DNA of 64,000 nucleotides from Clostridia bacterium (GCA_017528085.1 JAFXPH010000002.1:343898-407897); one strand, 5' to 3'; positions 1 through 10,346 are shown, numbered from the stretch's first letter. Notes: generated by a model from the letters alone, not told the origin. Made by a program: numbers and translations.

Positions 1-701
1 AATCGTTTCTAACTATCATTTCTTCTAAAAAGCTCTCGCTACCAGAAGATTTAGTTAATTTAGAAAATAATTCATTTAATTCAACTTTTAGACTTTCATT
101 ATTGATATCTGCTGAAGTTAATATTTCAGGAGATCCAGCAAGTGTTGTAAGTAATCCCAAATATGCTGTAGCACCTGAATTAGTTTGTGTTGGATTTGCC
201 ATAGCAAACTTTAACGAACCATCATTAATATAATTTACAATGTCTCTTACATAAATTTCTCTTCCAGGATTATCAAGACCAAGTTCTCTTGCTTTACTTT
301 GTTTTACAGCAAATACAACTGGATTAATGCTAATTGATTTTGAATTACTTGTTTTTACAACATTACTATCTAGCATATAAAGCCAAATAGAATTTGATGC
401 CCAAACTGCATCGTACATCTCTCCAGCATTTAATCTATCCATTATCTCTAATGTACCTGCGTAATCAATCTTTAGATTAAATCCTTGTTTCTTTGCATAT
501 TCCTTAAGTGGTAAATCTAAAGCTTCATTTTCTGAACTTGAAATAATTGTAAACGTTTTATCAACGTCCTTATTAGTAATTGTACTAATTATATTGCTAT
601 CTTCCACCTCACTTGATGTATATGAAATTATATAAATTACAAGTAGTAGTAGAATAAAGGCAATGCCTTTCCATTTAGTAATATTACTATTTGTGTTCAT
701 T
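1..701 (-). CDS. partial CDS (C-terminus lies beyond window start): secreted or membrane-anchored protein with an N-terminal signal anchor; possible solute-binding-like fold
   Basis: ATG near 699-701 is preceded by GGAGGA. The translation begins MNTNSNITKWKGIAFILLLLVIY and stays open to position 1. It is absent from the ORF track because no stop lies in the window. Confidence 0.4.
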
Positions 702-765
702 CTTTATAATCCTCCAAATTTTTACAATAATATTTTATTTTAAAATGCATATTTTGTAAATAATT

Positions 766-1632
766 TTAAGCTTTTTTTAGTATTTCTTTTTTCTCTTTTA
801 AAAATGCTCTAAATATTGCATAAACTACGATTAAAGTCATACCTCCAACAATTAATCCTGTTGCAATATTAGATAATCCATATGAAATATCTTTAAAGAT
901 ATTTTGAATTAGATTTGTGAATGATTTTTGGAATAATAAGACATTATCTATGTCAATTTTGCTCATCAAATAAGCATATCCTGCTTTAATAACAATTCCT
1001 GCTCCTAAGCATGATACACCAATATATTTTATTACATCATATATTCTTTCTCTACATTCGATTAGTAATATCAAAATTGCAGCAATTGATATTACCATTG
1101 GAAAACTATTAAACTTATTAGCTAGTTTTTGTATAGTAAGCAATAATTGTTTTACATATACATTTACATTGTCTGATAGTTTAATATTTTTCTTATATGA
1201 ACTAGATATTAAAGCTTCAAACTTTGTGATGTTTCCTTTTTCTTCTTTAGTTAAAGTTTTATTTTGAGTCTTTAAGAATGCATTAATTCTTGCATCTAAT
1301 TCCTTGTCTAATTCCTCTGTAGAAATCTCATAAGTAACATCTTCATTGAATAGACTCTCAAAAATGCCATTAATATCTGCTCTTATTTTTTCATCTGAAA
1401 CAAGATTATCTAATGTATCTTCAGGAAGACCTGATTGATAAATATAATCTTCAAATCCACTATCTACTTCTCTACTTACTTGAAGATAATATTCAGTCTC
1501 CTCCATCATCTTATAATAGTAATCTTTATTCATGCCTTTGTTATCTAAAGTGATAATTGCTATGTAAAGTAAAATTAAGCATATTATGACAAAAGATAAC
1601 AAATAACTTACTATTGTTCTTACAGTTTTCAT
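766..1632 (-). CDS. hypothetical polytopic membrane protein
   Basis: 288-aa ORF with an N-terminal TM helix and several C-terminal hydrophobic helices. No recognisable catalytic motif. Confidence 0.5.
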   Translation of the reverse strand: MKTVRTIVSYLLSFVIICLILLYIAIITLDNKGMNKDYYYKMMEETEYYLQVSREVDSGFEDYIYQSGLPEDTLDNLVSDEKIRADINGIFESLFNEDVTYEISTEELDKELDARINAFLKTQNKTLTKEEKGNITKFEALISSSYKKNIKLSDNVNVYVKQLLLTIQKLANKFNSFPMVISIAAILILLIECRERIYDVIKYIGVSCLGAGIVIKAGYAYLMSKIDIDNVLLFQKSFTNLIQNIFKDISYGLSNIATGLIVGGMTLIVVYAIFRAFLKEKKEILKKA

Positions 1633-1644
1633 TATTCCTTCCTC

Positions 1645-2259
1645 CTAATATGCTGGTTTTGCATAAACAATATATCTTTGATATGCATGTCCTATATTAT
1701 TAATTGGCCAACAAGTATAAATCATTAATATTTCTTCATCAGTTTGAATTGGAACTTTATCAGTTTCTAATTCATTTATTACTTGTTGATCATAAATCTT
1801 ATATTCGAAAGTACCATATGTAGTTTCAATCTCAATTATGTCATCAATTTTAGTTTCTGGAAGACGTGCCAAAAATTTCTTAAAGTTGTGTCCCATATAT
1901 ACTATACTTCCTCCTTCACCTGGGAAGAAAGAATTTGTATCATGACCCACTCCTCCTTTAAGAACGTTATAACTTGTGCCATAATAAATTGGAAGATTTA
2001 CTTCAATAGAATCAATTTTTAAAGTACCGTACTTACTTCCAACTGTTGGATAATTCTCTAGTTTATGATTTTCTAAAACCGGTTCTACCAAGTCTTTACT
2101 GTCTGTTTTTATAGTTACAACATCAATAAGATCTGTTGCAAGGATAAGCTTATCGTTGCCTACTTTGTATAATACAAATAGAACTATAAAAGCAAACAAA
2201 AAAGCAACTATTATTGGTATAATAGCTGCTTTTATAAACTTCTTTAAACTTTCTGTCAT
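1645..2259 (-). CDS. sortase family transpeptidase
   Basis: N-terminal membrane anchor, a His in VYMGHNF, the catalytic Cys in a TLXTC-like motif (MIYTCWP) and a downstream conserved Arg (AYQRY). Confidence 0.75.
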   Translation of the reverse strand: MTESLKKFIKAAIIPIIVAFLFAFIVLFVLYKVGNDKLILATDLIDVVTIKTDSKDLVEPVLENHKLENYPTVGSKYGTLKIDSIEVNLPIYYGTSYNVLKGGVGHDTNSFFPGEGGSIVYMGHNFKKFLARLPETKIDDIIEIETTYGTFEYKIYDQQVINELETDKVPIQTDEEILMIYTCWPINNIGHAYQRYIVYAKPAY

Positions 2260-2263
2260 CTAA

Positions 2264-2833
2264 TTAGCTTCTTTTTCTAATTACAACTAGAGTAGCAACT
2301 GCAACAATTGCAAATACTGGTAATACATAAACTAATGTATTAGCACCTGTATAAACTAAAGCATTTCCTGAAGCTGAACCTGCATTGTCATCTCTATAGA
2401 AAGCATCCATACTTCCTTTTGCAATAGCTTTACCTGTTGAATCAACAAGTGTCATTGTTTTTTCAGAAGTATTTACTTGTAATCTTAATCCTGCTTTTGA
2501 AGCAGCTGATTTCATATAAGAAACAACTTTTGCTCCTACATCTGTAGATAATTGTTCTTTCCAAATAGCACCTGTTGAAGCAATTAATGCTTCTGCAGCT
2601 TCTATATCAGCTTTAATTGATTCTGCTGTAGCATCATCAACTGGGTTAGCATTTAAATAATTTGTTATAGCTGTTCTTTGTTCTTCTGATAATGAATAAT
2701 GTGTTCCATTAACAGTATGTGTATTTGTTAAATATGTAATCAATTCACTATTTGTAAAAGCATTTACATTTACTGACATGATTGCAACAACAGCTAACAT
2801 TACACATGTCATAACTAACATTTTTGTCCTCAT
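2264..2833 (-). CDS. small secreted surface protein with a C-terminal cell-wall sorting signal (putative sortase substrate)
   Basis: Likely start is MRTKMLVMT after the RBS AAGAGG; the ORF track start at 2911 is probably too long. There is a signal peptide ending VNVNA. The C-terminus reads LVYTGAN, then a hydrophobic stretch, then RKRS. Confidence 0.5.
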   Translation of the reverse strand: MRTKMLVMTCVMLAVVAIMSVNVNAFTNSELITYLTNTHTVNGTHYSLSEEQRTAITNYLNANPVDDATAESIKADIEAAEALIASTGAIWKEQLSTDVGAKVVSYMKSAASKAGLRLQVNTSEKTMTLVDSTGKAIAKGSMDAFYRDDNAGSASGNALVYTGANTLVYVLPVFAIVAVATLVVIRKRS

Positions 2834-2980
2834 ATTTCCATACCTCTTTCCAATATATTGAATTAAAATATAATCTAATAAATTTATATCATTAATAATT
2901 TTTAAATTCAATATACTTTTAAAAACTTAACATATTTGTAACATTTCTATTTATTATTTTTTTATTTTAAGGAAATTTAC

Positions 2981-3009
2981 TTGATTTTGCATACTCCTTA
3001 GTGTATAAT
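2981..3009 (+). promoter_or_regulatory. sigma-A-type promoter for tRNA-Trp
   Basis: TTGATT at 2981-2986, a 17-nt spacer, then TATAAT at 3004-3009, about 13 nt ahead of the tRNA 5' end. Confidence 0.5.
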
Positions 3010-3022
3010 TATACATGTGTCT

Positions 3023-3096
3023 AGGGGTGTAGTTCATCGGTAGAATAAGAGTCTCCAAAACTCCTGAGGAGGGTTCGATTCCTTCCACCCCTGCCA
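3023..3096 (+). tRNA. tRNA-Trp (anticodon CCA)
   Basis: Cloverleaf read by hand. Acceptor AGGGGTG pairs with CACCCCT, followed by GCCA. The T-arm is GAGGG-TTCGATT-CCTTC. The anticodon loop CTCCAAA gives CCA. Confidence 0.85.
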
Positions 3097-3109
3097 TTAA
3101 GAATATTAA

Positions 3110-3136
3110 AACACTAGCTATTAGCTAGTGTTTTTG
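3110..3136. terminator. bidirectional rho-independent terminator
   Basis: Palindrome ACACTAGCTA..TAGCTAGTGT. It is followed by TTTTTG on the plus strand and by a U-rich tract on the minus strand. It lies after tRNA-Trp and after the minus-strand XRE gene. Confidence 0.6.
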
Positions 3137-3162
3137 TTATATTGTAATATCTAATATTACAA

Positions 3163-3669
3163 TTATTTATTCTTTTTAATTAATATTATAGTTGTTAATA
3201 CTACTACAGCAATAGGTGCTAATCTCATAAATATCCATTCAAACGCTTGATAGAATGTTCCTAATATAGCCCATTCGGTAATACTATAATCCCAAGTCTG
3301 ATAAGGACTATTTAATATTGCTAACAATATAAATAACAAAATGATACTTATATCTATGATTATCAACACTTGAATTTTTTTCTTTCTTTTTTCCTTTTGA
3401 TAATTTGATAATTGCTCATTAATTACTTCTAATTTTTCAGATAATACTTTTAAATCATCTTTTTCTTTTTTTTCAATATTTTCTCCAAGAATTTCACTAA
3501 CCGGTGTTTCAAAAAGTTCTGATATTGCTACTAGCATTTCAGCATCTGGAACAGATAATCCTGTTTCCCATTTTGAAATCGTCTGTCTTACGACATTTAA
3601 CTTAATACTTAATTCTTCTTGTGAAAGTCCTTTGTTTTTTCTTAATGTTTTTAGATTATCTTTCAACAT
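3163..3669 (-). CDS. XRE-family HTH transcriptional regulator fused to C-terminal transmembrane segments
   Basis: The N-terminus GLSQEELSIKLNVVRQTISKWETG is a Cro/CI-type HTH. A coiled linker follows, then two or three hydrophobic helices. The RBS is AAAGGAG. Confidence 0.7.
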   Translation of the reverse strand: MLKDNLKTLRKNKGLSQEELSIKLNVVRQTISKWETGLSVPDAEMLVAISELFETPVSEILGENIEKKEKDDLKVLSEKLEVINEQLSNYQKEKRKKKIQVLIIIDISIILLFILLAILNSPYQTWDYSITEWAILGTFYQAFEWIFMRLAPIAVVVLTTIILIKKNK

Positions 3670-3714
3670 AGTACAATTTCTCCTTTCATCAAGTTCAGTT
3701 TATTACAAATATGT

Positions 3715-3731
3715 CATTGCTACAAGCAATG
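3715..3731. promoter_or_regulatory. 7-bp inverted repeat (CATTGCT aca AGCAATG) in the promoter region of the XRE gene; candidate operator
   Basis: Perfect inverted repeat about 45 bp upstream of the XRE start codon. Confidence 0.35.
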
Positions 3732-3930
3732 TGTTTTAACATTTACTTTTGCTATTAATTGCAAATGATAATTAACTTTTTATATCAATATTATAACACA
3801 TATTTTTATATTTAATTACCTGGTAGTATTACTAATTTACAGGCAGTTTTATTACTTTATTTTAAGAAGTATAATAATTATGGAAAGGTTTATAAAAAAA
3901 TTTTAAACCCTATGATTATCGTGCCAAAAA

Positions 3931-3958
3931 AACTCGTAAGATACTTACGAGTTTTTTT
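3931..3958. terminator. rho-independent terminator downstream of the zinc-ribbon membrane protein gene
   Basis: Stem AACTCGTAA/TTACGAGTT, flanked by an A-run upstream and a T-run downstream (bidirectional). Confidence 0.6.
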
Positions 3959-4892
3959 AATTTTCTTTATTAATTTCTATTTTTACTATTTCTTCAGCAC
4001 CATCGCTTGTAGTTATATAACTCTTCTTTAGACTCCATGCTGCATTTCCATTTTTATCATTTATTAAATAATCTCCTTCAGAACTTCCTATAGATGCTTT
4101 CCTTAACCCTTTAGAAATTTCTGTATCTGGAGGATCTCCAACTAAAGCTCTACTATGTGTTAAGTTATGAAGAATTTTTTCTTCTATTATTCCCTCTCTA
4201 GGAAGGCTACGAGTTATAGTTATTATTAATTTTTTTAATTCTTCAGTTTCAAAGCTATACTCCTCATTTGTTTTAATACTTGTATTATTTTCAAGAGTAT
4301 GTGTATATGAGACAGTAATTCTTTTTTCTTTTGAAGCCTCATCTTGAATAATTATAGCGTCTGAAACAAAAGGAAACTCTTCATTATTAATTAATTCAGA
4401 GTAGTCATCTAATATTGAATTAATTATAGAAAAATGATTATTAAATATTGTTGGGAATTTTGCAATCACTTTAGATCCTTCTAATTTTGTACCAATAGGA
4501 TAATCATCAATACTAACTGTATTAGTCTTTTCTTTTGTCATTGATTCATATATATCTGGACCATTATATAAGATGAACCCTATAATACAATAAGCTAAAA
4601 ATGAAAGAGAAGCTATTCTAAACACAAGAAAAGCAGTAACCGCAGTTTTACCATCTGAAGAAAAAAATGAAGCTAATGAAAAAGTTATTGCTAGAACGAA
4701 TAAAAGAAAACTTGACACTTCAGCATCAAACAAAAAGCATATTACTCCTGCCACTAATAAAATTATACTAAAAATTGTAGATTTATTAATATAAAGCTTA
4801 TGTAAACTTTTGATATTATGTCCGCAATAAGGACAAACATCTCCATCTATACTAATTTCTTCACCACAATTTGGGCAATTAACCTTTCCCAT
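3957..4892 (-). CDS. zinc-ribbon-containing membrane protein, hypothetical
   Basis: The N-terminus has CPNCG..CPYCG (a zinc ribbon). About four TM helices follow, then an extracytoplasmic C-terminal domain with no known motifs. Confidence 0.5.
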   Translation of the reverse strand: MGKVNCPNCGEEISIDGDVCPYCGHNIKSLHKLYINKSTIFSIILLVAGVICFLFDAEVSSFLLFVLAITFSLASFFSSDGKTAVTAFLVFRIASLSFLAYCIIGFILYNGPDIYESMTKEKTNTVSIDDYPIGTKLEGSKVIAKFPTIFNNHFSIINSILDDYSELINNEEFPFVSDAIIIQDEASKEKRITVSYTHTLENNTSIKTNEEYSFETEELKKLIITITRSLPREGIIEEKILHNLTHSRALVGDPPDTEISKGLRKASIGSSEGDYLINDKNGNAAWSLKKSYITTSDGAEEIVKIEINKEN

Positions 4893-4933
4893 ATTTTTCT
4901 CCTTTTTTATTTATTCTTTTGATTAACTTTAAT

Positions 4934-6340
4934 CTAATCATTTTTTTCTATAGTTACATTAGGAACTAAATTAATCTGTGTTTCAAAACTTTCTTTAAAT
5001 TTTTTAACCTTAATGTTTAATATCACGCATATTATAGTAATTACAATTATTTCAAATATCAATACTACTATTCTATGTCTCTTAAATGCTCTAAGCAAAG
5101 CAATAAATATAATTAATAATAGTCCAAATGATCCTGCAACAATTGTATTATAAAGTGCAAATGGAAGTTTTTCTACAGGGTGACTTGCTACAATATTAGT
5201 TGTGTAATTAAGACCATCTGCATGGTATGTCACTTGTCCTAATACTTCATTTGCCTCAATTGGTGCAATAATATCTGAATTAATACTTACCGTTTTCTTG
5301 ATATCATCTTTATTTACTTCTTTTGGAATAATTGTAGCCATATCAGTGTTTACTACTAAATCTAAAATTTTTGAATGTTTTACTGCTTTTCCTACTTCTA
5401 ATGTTGCTATTGCATCACCTTGATCTGCAATTTTCTTAATTTCATAATTATCATACATAAATTCAAATAGATTCTTTGTATCATAAAAACGATCATTTAA
5501 TCCATGACTATTTACTGTCTCTCCACCTAACACTACTGAAATCAGGTTAATATTATCAAATGAGCTACTAGCTACTAAACATTCACCAGCAGGTGTTGTA
5601 TGTCCAGTTTTAATACCTGTACAATTTGAATAATAATATGTACCTGGATGAAGCAATTCATTTGTATTTTTAATTACTCTTTCACCCGGATAAATATCAG
5701 TAGATGGTAAAGTATAAGTTCTAGTTTTTACTATTTCATTAAAAATCTCATACTTTTGGCATTCTTTTGCAATTAAGTATAAATCATAAGCTGAGCAATA
5801 ATGGTTATCATCATGCATTCCATTAGTATTTGTAAAATGCAGTGTTTCACATCCAAGTTCTTGAGCTCTTCTGTTACATAGTTCTACAAATTCTTCTACA
5901 CTTCCGCTTACATGTTCAGCCAATACATTAGCAGCTTCATTAGCACTTGGAAGTAATAATGCATAAAGAAAATCTTTAATTGTATGCGTTTCTCCTGCTT
6001 GAAGATTTGCATTTGAATAACCAGAAGGGACCAAATCTAATGCTCTTTGAGAAACTGTAGCTACATCTGTCATCTCACAATTTTCCATTGTCACTAGAGC
6101 TGTTAATATTTTTGTAGTACTTGCAGGATACATCTTTTCATGAGCATTTTTTTCATAAAAAACTTTTCCTGTATCAGGATTAGCAATATAGACCGCTTTA
6201 CTACCTAATACAGGAATGCTTTCTATTATTTCTTGTTCATTTCTATTGTACTCAAGTTCTATATTTGCCTCTTCTGCATACACATTAATTGGTAGTAATA
6301 TAACCATTATAAGTAGCAAACATAATATTCTTTTTTTCAT
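4934..6340 (-). CDS. D-alanyl-D-alanine carboxypeptidase (serine-type, low-MW PBP)
   Basis: Signal peptide plus the SxxK motif (ASTTK), an SxN-type motif (PSAN) and the KTG motif (KTGHT). There is a C-terminal membrane anchor. Confidence 0.85.
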   Translation of the reverse strand: MKKRILCLLLIMVILLPINVYAEEANIELEYNRNEQEIIESIPVLGSKAVYIANPDTGKVFYEKNAHEKMYPASTTKILTALVTMENCEMTDVATVSQRALDLVPSGYSNANLQAGETHTIKDFLYALLLPSANEAANVLAEHVSGSVEEFVELCNRRAQELGCETLHFTNTNGMHDDNHYCSAYDLYLIAKECQKYEIFNEIVKTRTYTLPSTDIYPGERVIKNTNELLHPGTYYYSNCTGIKTGHTTPAGECLVASSSFDNINLISVVLGGETVNSHGLNDRFYDTKNLFEFMYDNYEIKKIADQGDAIATLEVGKAVKHSKILDLVVNTDMATIIPKEVNKDDIKKTVSINSDIIAPIEANEVLGQVTYHADGLNYTTNIVASHPVEKLPFALYNTIVAGSFGLLLIIFIALLRAFKRHRIVVLIFEIIVITIICVILNIKVKKFKESFETQINLVPNVTIEKND

Positions 6341-6351
6341 CTTATTTCCTT

Positions 6352-7095
6352 TTATTTTAATAGCTTTTCTAAAGCATTTGCATTTAGTATTGTATTTGAA
6401 ATAAACTTTCCTTTATAGAAATTAGCCCAGTTGTTAAATATACATGGTGCATTTTTAGCCTTTTCTAAAGAGTCTATTTTTACAAAGTTTAGTTTAATAT
6501 TTTTTGATTTAGCATAATCAGAAAGTTCCTTAACCTCATATTCAACATAAGGACATTCGTTACTATAATAAATTGTAAAATCTTTATTATCTATTTCCAT
6601 TTTTCTTGCACAGTCATTAAATTTAGGAGTTTCTCCATCTTTAAATTTTAGTGCCATAAGTTCATAATCTTCGATAGTATCTACTACTTCAAATCCAAAA
6701 TGTTCAAAGAATTTCTTCTCTCCTAAAAATGGTTTCTTCTTTTTAGAAACTAACGTACAAATACCATTTCTGCCTTGTTTTTTAGAATCATCTATTGCAT
6801 ATTCAAGAAGTTCTTTTCCAATTCCTTTTCCTTTAAAACTTCCTGCTACCCATAAGCAATAAATATACTCATAATTTTTTCCACTAATTGGAATCCAAGC
6901 AGTATCAAGTGGTTCATATTCAATAAATATTTTTCCTCTAGCATTTAGTTTTCTAAATACATGACCATCTTTTAATTTATTTTTAATCCACTCTTTTTTA
7001 CAATCAACACCTTCTTGATGCTTAGGATCTCCTATAGCACAACAAATGTGTTCTTCTTCAATGTTTTCCTCTGTTAAATTAATATATTCGTTCAT
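6352..7095 (-). CDS. GNAT-family N-acetyltransferase with a YoaP-like C-terminal domain
   Basis: Acetyl-CoA binding signature GKGIGKELLEYA with a C-terminal YoaP-like region. Start probably at MNEYINL, behind the RBS GAGGGG. Confidence 0.6.
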   Translation of the reverse strand: MNEYINLTEENIEEEHICCAIGDPKHQEGVDCKKEWIKNKLKDGHVFRKLNARGKIFIEYEPLDTAWIPISGKNYEYIYCLWVAGSFKGKGIGKELLEYAIDDSKKQGRNGICTLVSKKKKPFLGEKKFFEHFGFEVVDTIEDYELMALKFKDGETPKFNDCARKMEIDNKDFTIYYSNECPYVEYEVKELSDYAKSKNIKLNFVKIDSLEKAKNAPCIFNNWANFYKGKFISNTILNANALEKLLK

Positions 7096-7242
7096 TTTTC
7101 CCCTCACATTATTATTTAGCTTATAAAAAAGCTCTAATCTCTTATTCTATATTCCTATTAAATCACATAATAAAGCTTTATACAATATTATTAAAGAACA
7201 AAAAAATAGACAATATTTCTATTGTCTATTTTAAAATTTAAA

Positions 7243-7806
7243 TTAAATTCTTTCCATGTATTCACCAGTTCTTGTATCTATTCTAATAACATCATCAATG
7301 TTAATGAATAGTGGAACGTTAATTTCTAATCCGTTTTCTAATTTTGCTGGTTTGAATGCTGTTGTTGAAGTATTTCCTGTAAATCCAGGTTCTGTATATT
7401 CAACTTTTAATTCAACAAATGTTGGTGGTTCAACTAAGAATACTTCACCTTGATATGATGAAATTGTGCATTCCATATTTTCTTTAATATATTTTAATGC
7501 ATCACCTAATATGTCTGCTGAAAGTGGGATTTGTTCATATGTTTCATTATCCATGAAATAATATAATCCGTCTGATTCATAAATGTATGACATAGTTTTC
7601 TTTGTGATTTCTGCTGTTTCTAATTTTTCGTTTGGATTGAATGTTCTTTCAAGGTTAGAACCTGTTTTTACGTTTTTCATCTTTACTCTTACGAATGCAG
7701 ATCCTTTTCCTGGTTTAACGTGTTGGAAATCAACTATTGTAAATACATTTCCTTCAAAATTAAAAATTGTTCCTTTTCTTAAATCTCCAGCTGATATAAT
7801 TGCCAT
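7243..7806 (-). CDS. efp: elongation factor P
   Basis: Full-length match to the EF-P family (KPGKG loop; 187 aa). Confidence 0.95.
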   Translation of the reverse strand: MAIISAGDLRKGTIFNFEGNVFTIVDFQHVKPGKGSAFVRVKMKNVKTGSNLERTFNPNEKLETAEITKKTMSYIYESDGLYYFMDNETYEQIPLSADILGDALKYIKENMECTISSYQGEVFLVEPPTFVELKVEYTEPGFTGNTSTTAFKPAKLENGLEINVPLFINIDDVIRIDTRTGEYMERI

Positions 7807-7873
7807 AATAATTCTCCTTTTATTTTAATTCTTAAATATTTTAGCACAAAAGTGCCAATAAATCAATATTTAC

Positions 7874-8959
7874 TTACTTTTTAGCAAGTTTTACTATCTT
7901 GTAATCTCTTGAATACTTTGTTAATGAGTTAAGTCCCATTTTATCTACAACATATGTATCTTCTATTCTTATACCAAATTTTCCAGGAATATAGACACCT
8001 GGTTCAACAGTAATAACAGAATTTTGTTTAAGCATACAATCTACTGTTGATCTTTGAATTGGTATTTCATGAATCTCAAGTCCAACTCCGTGACCAAATG
8101 AATGAAGTACTTCGTATCCTTTTAGCTTATAATCTGTTTCAACATCTTTTATGATTGGTTTAATGTTTACTTGATCTTTATATCTTAAAGCAATTCTGTC
8201 ATGAGTATCTAATACAAAGTCATATATCTTCTTGTATTCTTCTTTCATCTCACCTACAAATATTACTCTAGAAAAATCTGAACAATATCCATTAACTTTA
8301 CATCCCATATCAAATTGGATGATATCACCTTTTTGTATTTTTCTATCTGTAGGAGAAGCATGTGGTACAGAAGAATTTTCTCCTGAAGCAACGATTGTAT
8401 CAAATGCTAATCCATCAGCTCCATGATGCACAAAATATTTTTCTATTTCAAAAGCAATTTCTTTTTCTGTCATTCCTTCTACAATATGATTACAAATATA
8501 ATCAAAACAATCATCTGTAATCTTGCATGCTTTTTCAATACATTCTATTTCATCATCTTCTTTTACAACTCTTTGAGTTTCAACTATTCCATCTGTCTCA
8601 ATAAGTTCTACTCTATATTGTTGCAAATATCTTTTATAATTTTCATAAGTAACATATTTTTCTTCAAAGCCTACACTTGAGCAGCCATTAAAAACATTTT
8701 CATACTCATATTGAGTCATATCTTTAATGTTATAAGTTACTATCTCATCTTCAATTGTAAGTTTCTTATTAACATTTTCTAAGTATCTACTATCTGTCAA
8801 AAAGATATTCTCTTTTGGCGTAATAAGTAAAATACCTTCTTCAATTAGTCCAGTTAAATATCTTACGTTAATTGGATTGGATACTATCATACCATCCAAT
8901 TTTTGCGATAATAATTTATTTCTAAGAATTTTTAACTTAACATCCATATTATTTGACAC
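7874..8959 (-). CDS. Xaa-Pro aminopeptidase / M24-family peptidase
   Basis: M24 metal-binding motifs (HGVGLEIHE, a DxG.. region). The efp-adjacent position is conserved in Firmicutes. Confidence 0.85.
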   Translation of the reverse strand: MSNNMDVKLKILRNKLLSQKLDGMIVSNPINVRYLTGLIEEGILLITPKENIFLTDSRYLENVNKKLTIEDEIVTYNIKDMTQYEYENVFNGCSSVGFEEKYVTYENYKRYLQQYRVELIETDGIVETQRVVKEDDEIECIEKACKITDDCFDYICNHIVEGMTEKEIAFEIEKYFVHHGADGLAFDTIVASGENSSVPHASPTDRKIQKGDIIQFDMGCKVNGYCSDFSRVIFVGEMKEEYKKIYDFVLDTHDRIALRYKDQVNIKPIIKDVETDYKLKGYEVLHSFGHGVGLEIHEIPIQRSTVDCMLKQNSVITVEPGVYIPGKFGIRIEDTYVVDKMGLNSLTKYSRDYKIVKLAKK

Positions 8960-8967
8960 CTCATAAT

Positions 8968-9744
8968 TTAACTTTTTAATAATAAATTACTTATGTTTCT
9001 GCATATACCGAAAAATACAGTAACAACGATTCCCTTTGGTAAAAATATGCATAGAATTGCAGCTAATGTTAAAAATGGTCCAAATGCAATGTACTCATCT
9101 GTGTTTTTCTTTATTGATCTATAGATCAAAACAACTATTGAATAAATTGATGCAAGCAAGAATGCTAAAAGTGTAATGTTCAAAATATTTTGAACACCTA
9201 CTAATAGACCTAATGCACCCATAAGTTTTACATCGCCAAGTCCCATTGCTTCTTTTCCTGCAAGTAAACCTCCAAGTAGTGTAAGACCAACAAATATGCC
9301 TCCACCTACAAGCATTCCAAGTAGCATGTCTTTTACAAAATTTATATTGCTAATACCAAATAAAAATGTAAATATTAAACCTGTCTCAAATAATGTAAGT
9401 GTTAATCTATTTGGTATAATTCTATGTTCAAAATCAATATAAAATGCTAATACTAACATTGGTGTAACTACTAAATATTTAATAAGTTCAAGATTTTTAG
9501 CAGCTGTATCTTGAATACCAAATCTATACAAAATTAATACGTAGATAACAGCAACTGATATCATGTAAATATAGTTTTTTCTTAATCCTTTTTTATTTTC
9601 ATCAACAAACTCTTTTGAAAATATTGGTTTCTTTGCTATTAATCTTTCACTACACCATGCACAAAACTTACCTACAAGTAGTCCTAAAAATAACATTGCA
9701 AGGTAACTTATAATGTGCACATTATTTAAAAACATTAAGTTCAT
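8968..9744 (-). CDS. A24-family type IV prepilin peptidase
   Basis: Polytopic membrane protein. Motifs include GLGDVKLMGALG, conserved Asp residues and an N-terminal Cys pair. Confidence 0.75.
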   Translation of the reverse strand: MNLMFLNNVHIISYLAMLFLGLLVGKFCAWCSERLIAKKPIFSKEFVDENKKGLRKNYIYMISVAVIYVLILYRFGIQDTAAKNLELIKYLVVTPMLVLAFYIDFEHRIIPNRLTLTLFETGLIFTFLFGISNINFVKDMLLGMLVGGGIFVGLTLLGGLLAGKEAMGLGDVKLMGALGLLVGVQNILNITLLAFLLASIYSIVVLIYRSIKKNTDEYIAFGPFLTLAAILCIFLPKGIVVTVFFGICRNISNLLLKS

Positions 9745-9797
9745 CTTTTTACCTACTTTATCTTTTGATTTGTATATATATTCTATACTAAATATAT

Positions 9798-10346
9798 CTA
9801 TTTTTCATTACTTTTTTTGTATTTTTCAAGAATTTTATTCTCAATTGGTCTTTTCCACTTTGTATACCATAAATCTTGTTCATTTATAGGTTTTACTAAA
9901 ATTGAAAATAACTTACATCTATTAGCACCAATTACATCTGTAAAGATTTGATCTCCAACAACTGCAATGTTTTCCTTGTCCATATCTAATAGTTTAATTC
10001 CTCTTTTAAAGCCAGACTTAAGTGGCTTTAAAGCTAAACTAATATATGGAATTTCAAGTTTATCAGAAACAGATCTAATCTTTGCAATCTTGCTACTATT
10101 AGATAAAATGATGCATTTTATTCCTGCATCTTTAATCTTCTTATACCAATCTTCTAAACCATCTATAATATTTTTCTCAGTATCAACAACAGTATTATCT
10201 ATATCTATCATTAATCCTTTTATATTATTTTTGTTTAAAGTTTCAACTGATAATTCTAAAATTGAGTCTAAATATAAGTCTGGATAAATATTCATTTTTC
10301 CCTCCAATATCAAGTATATATTACCAATTGAAGGCGTTTTTGTCAA
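9798..10346 (-). CDS. YqeG-family HAD phosphatase (HAD-IIIA)
   Basis: DIDNTV motif I plus downstream HAD motifs, about 180 aa. Confidence 0.7.
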   Translation of the reverse strand: MTKTPSIGNIYLILEGKMNIYPDLYLDSILELSVETLNKNNIKGLMIDIDNTVVDTEKNIIDGLEDWYKKIKDAGIKCIILSNSSKIAKIRSVSDKLEIPYISLALKPLKSGFKRGIKLLDMDKENIAVVGDQIFTDVIGANRCKLFSILVKPINEQDLWYTKWKRPIENKILEKYKKSNEK

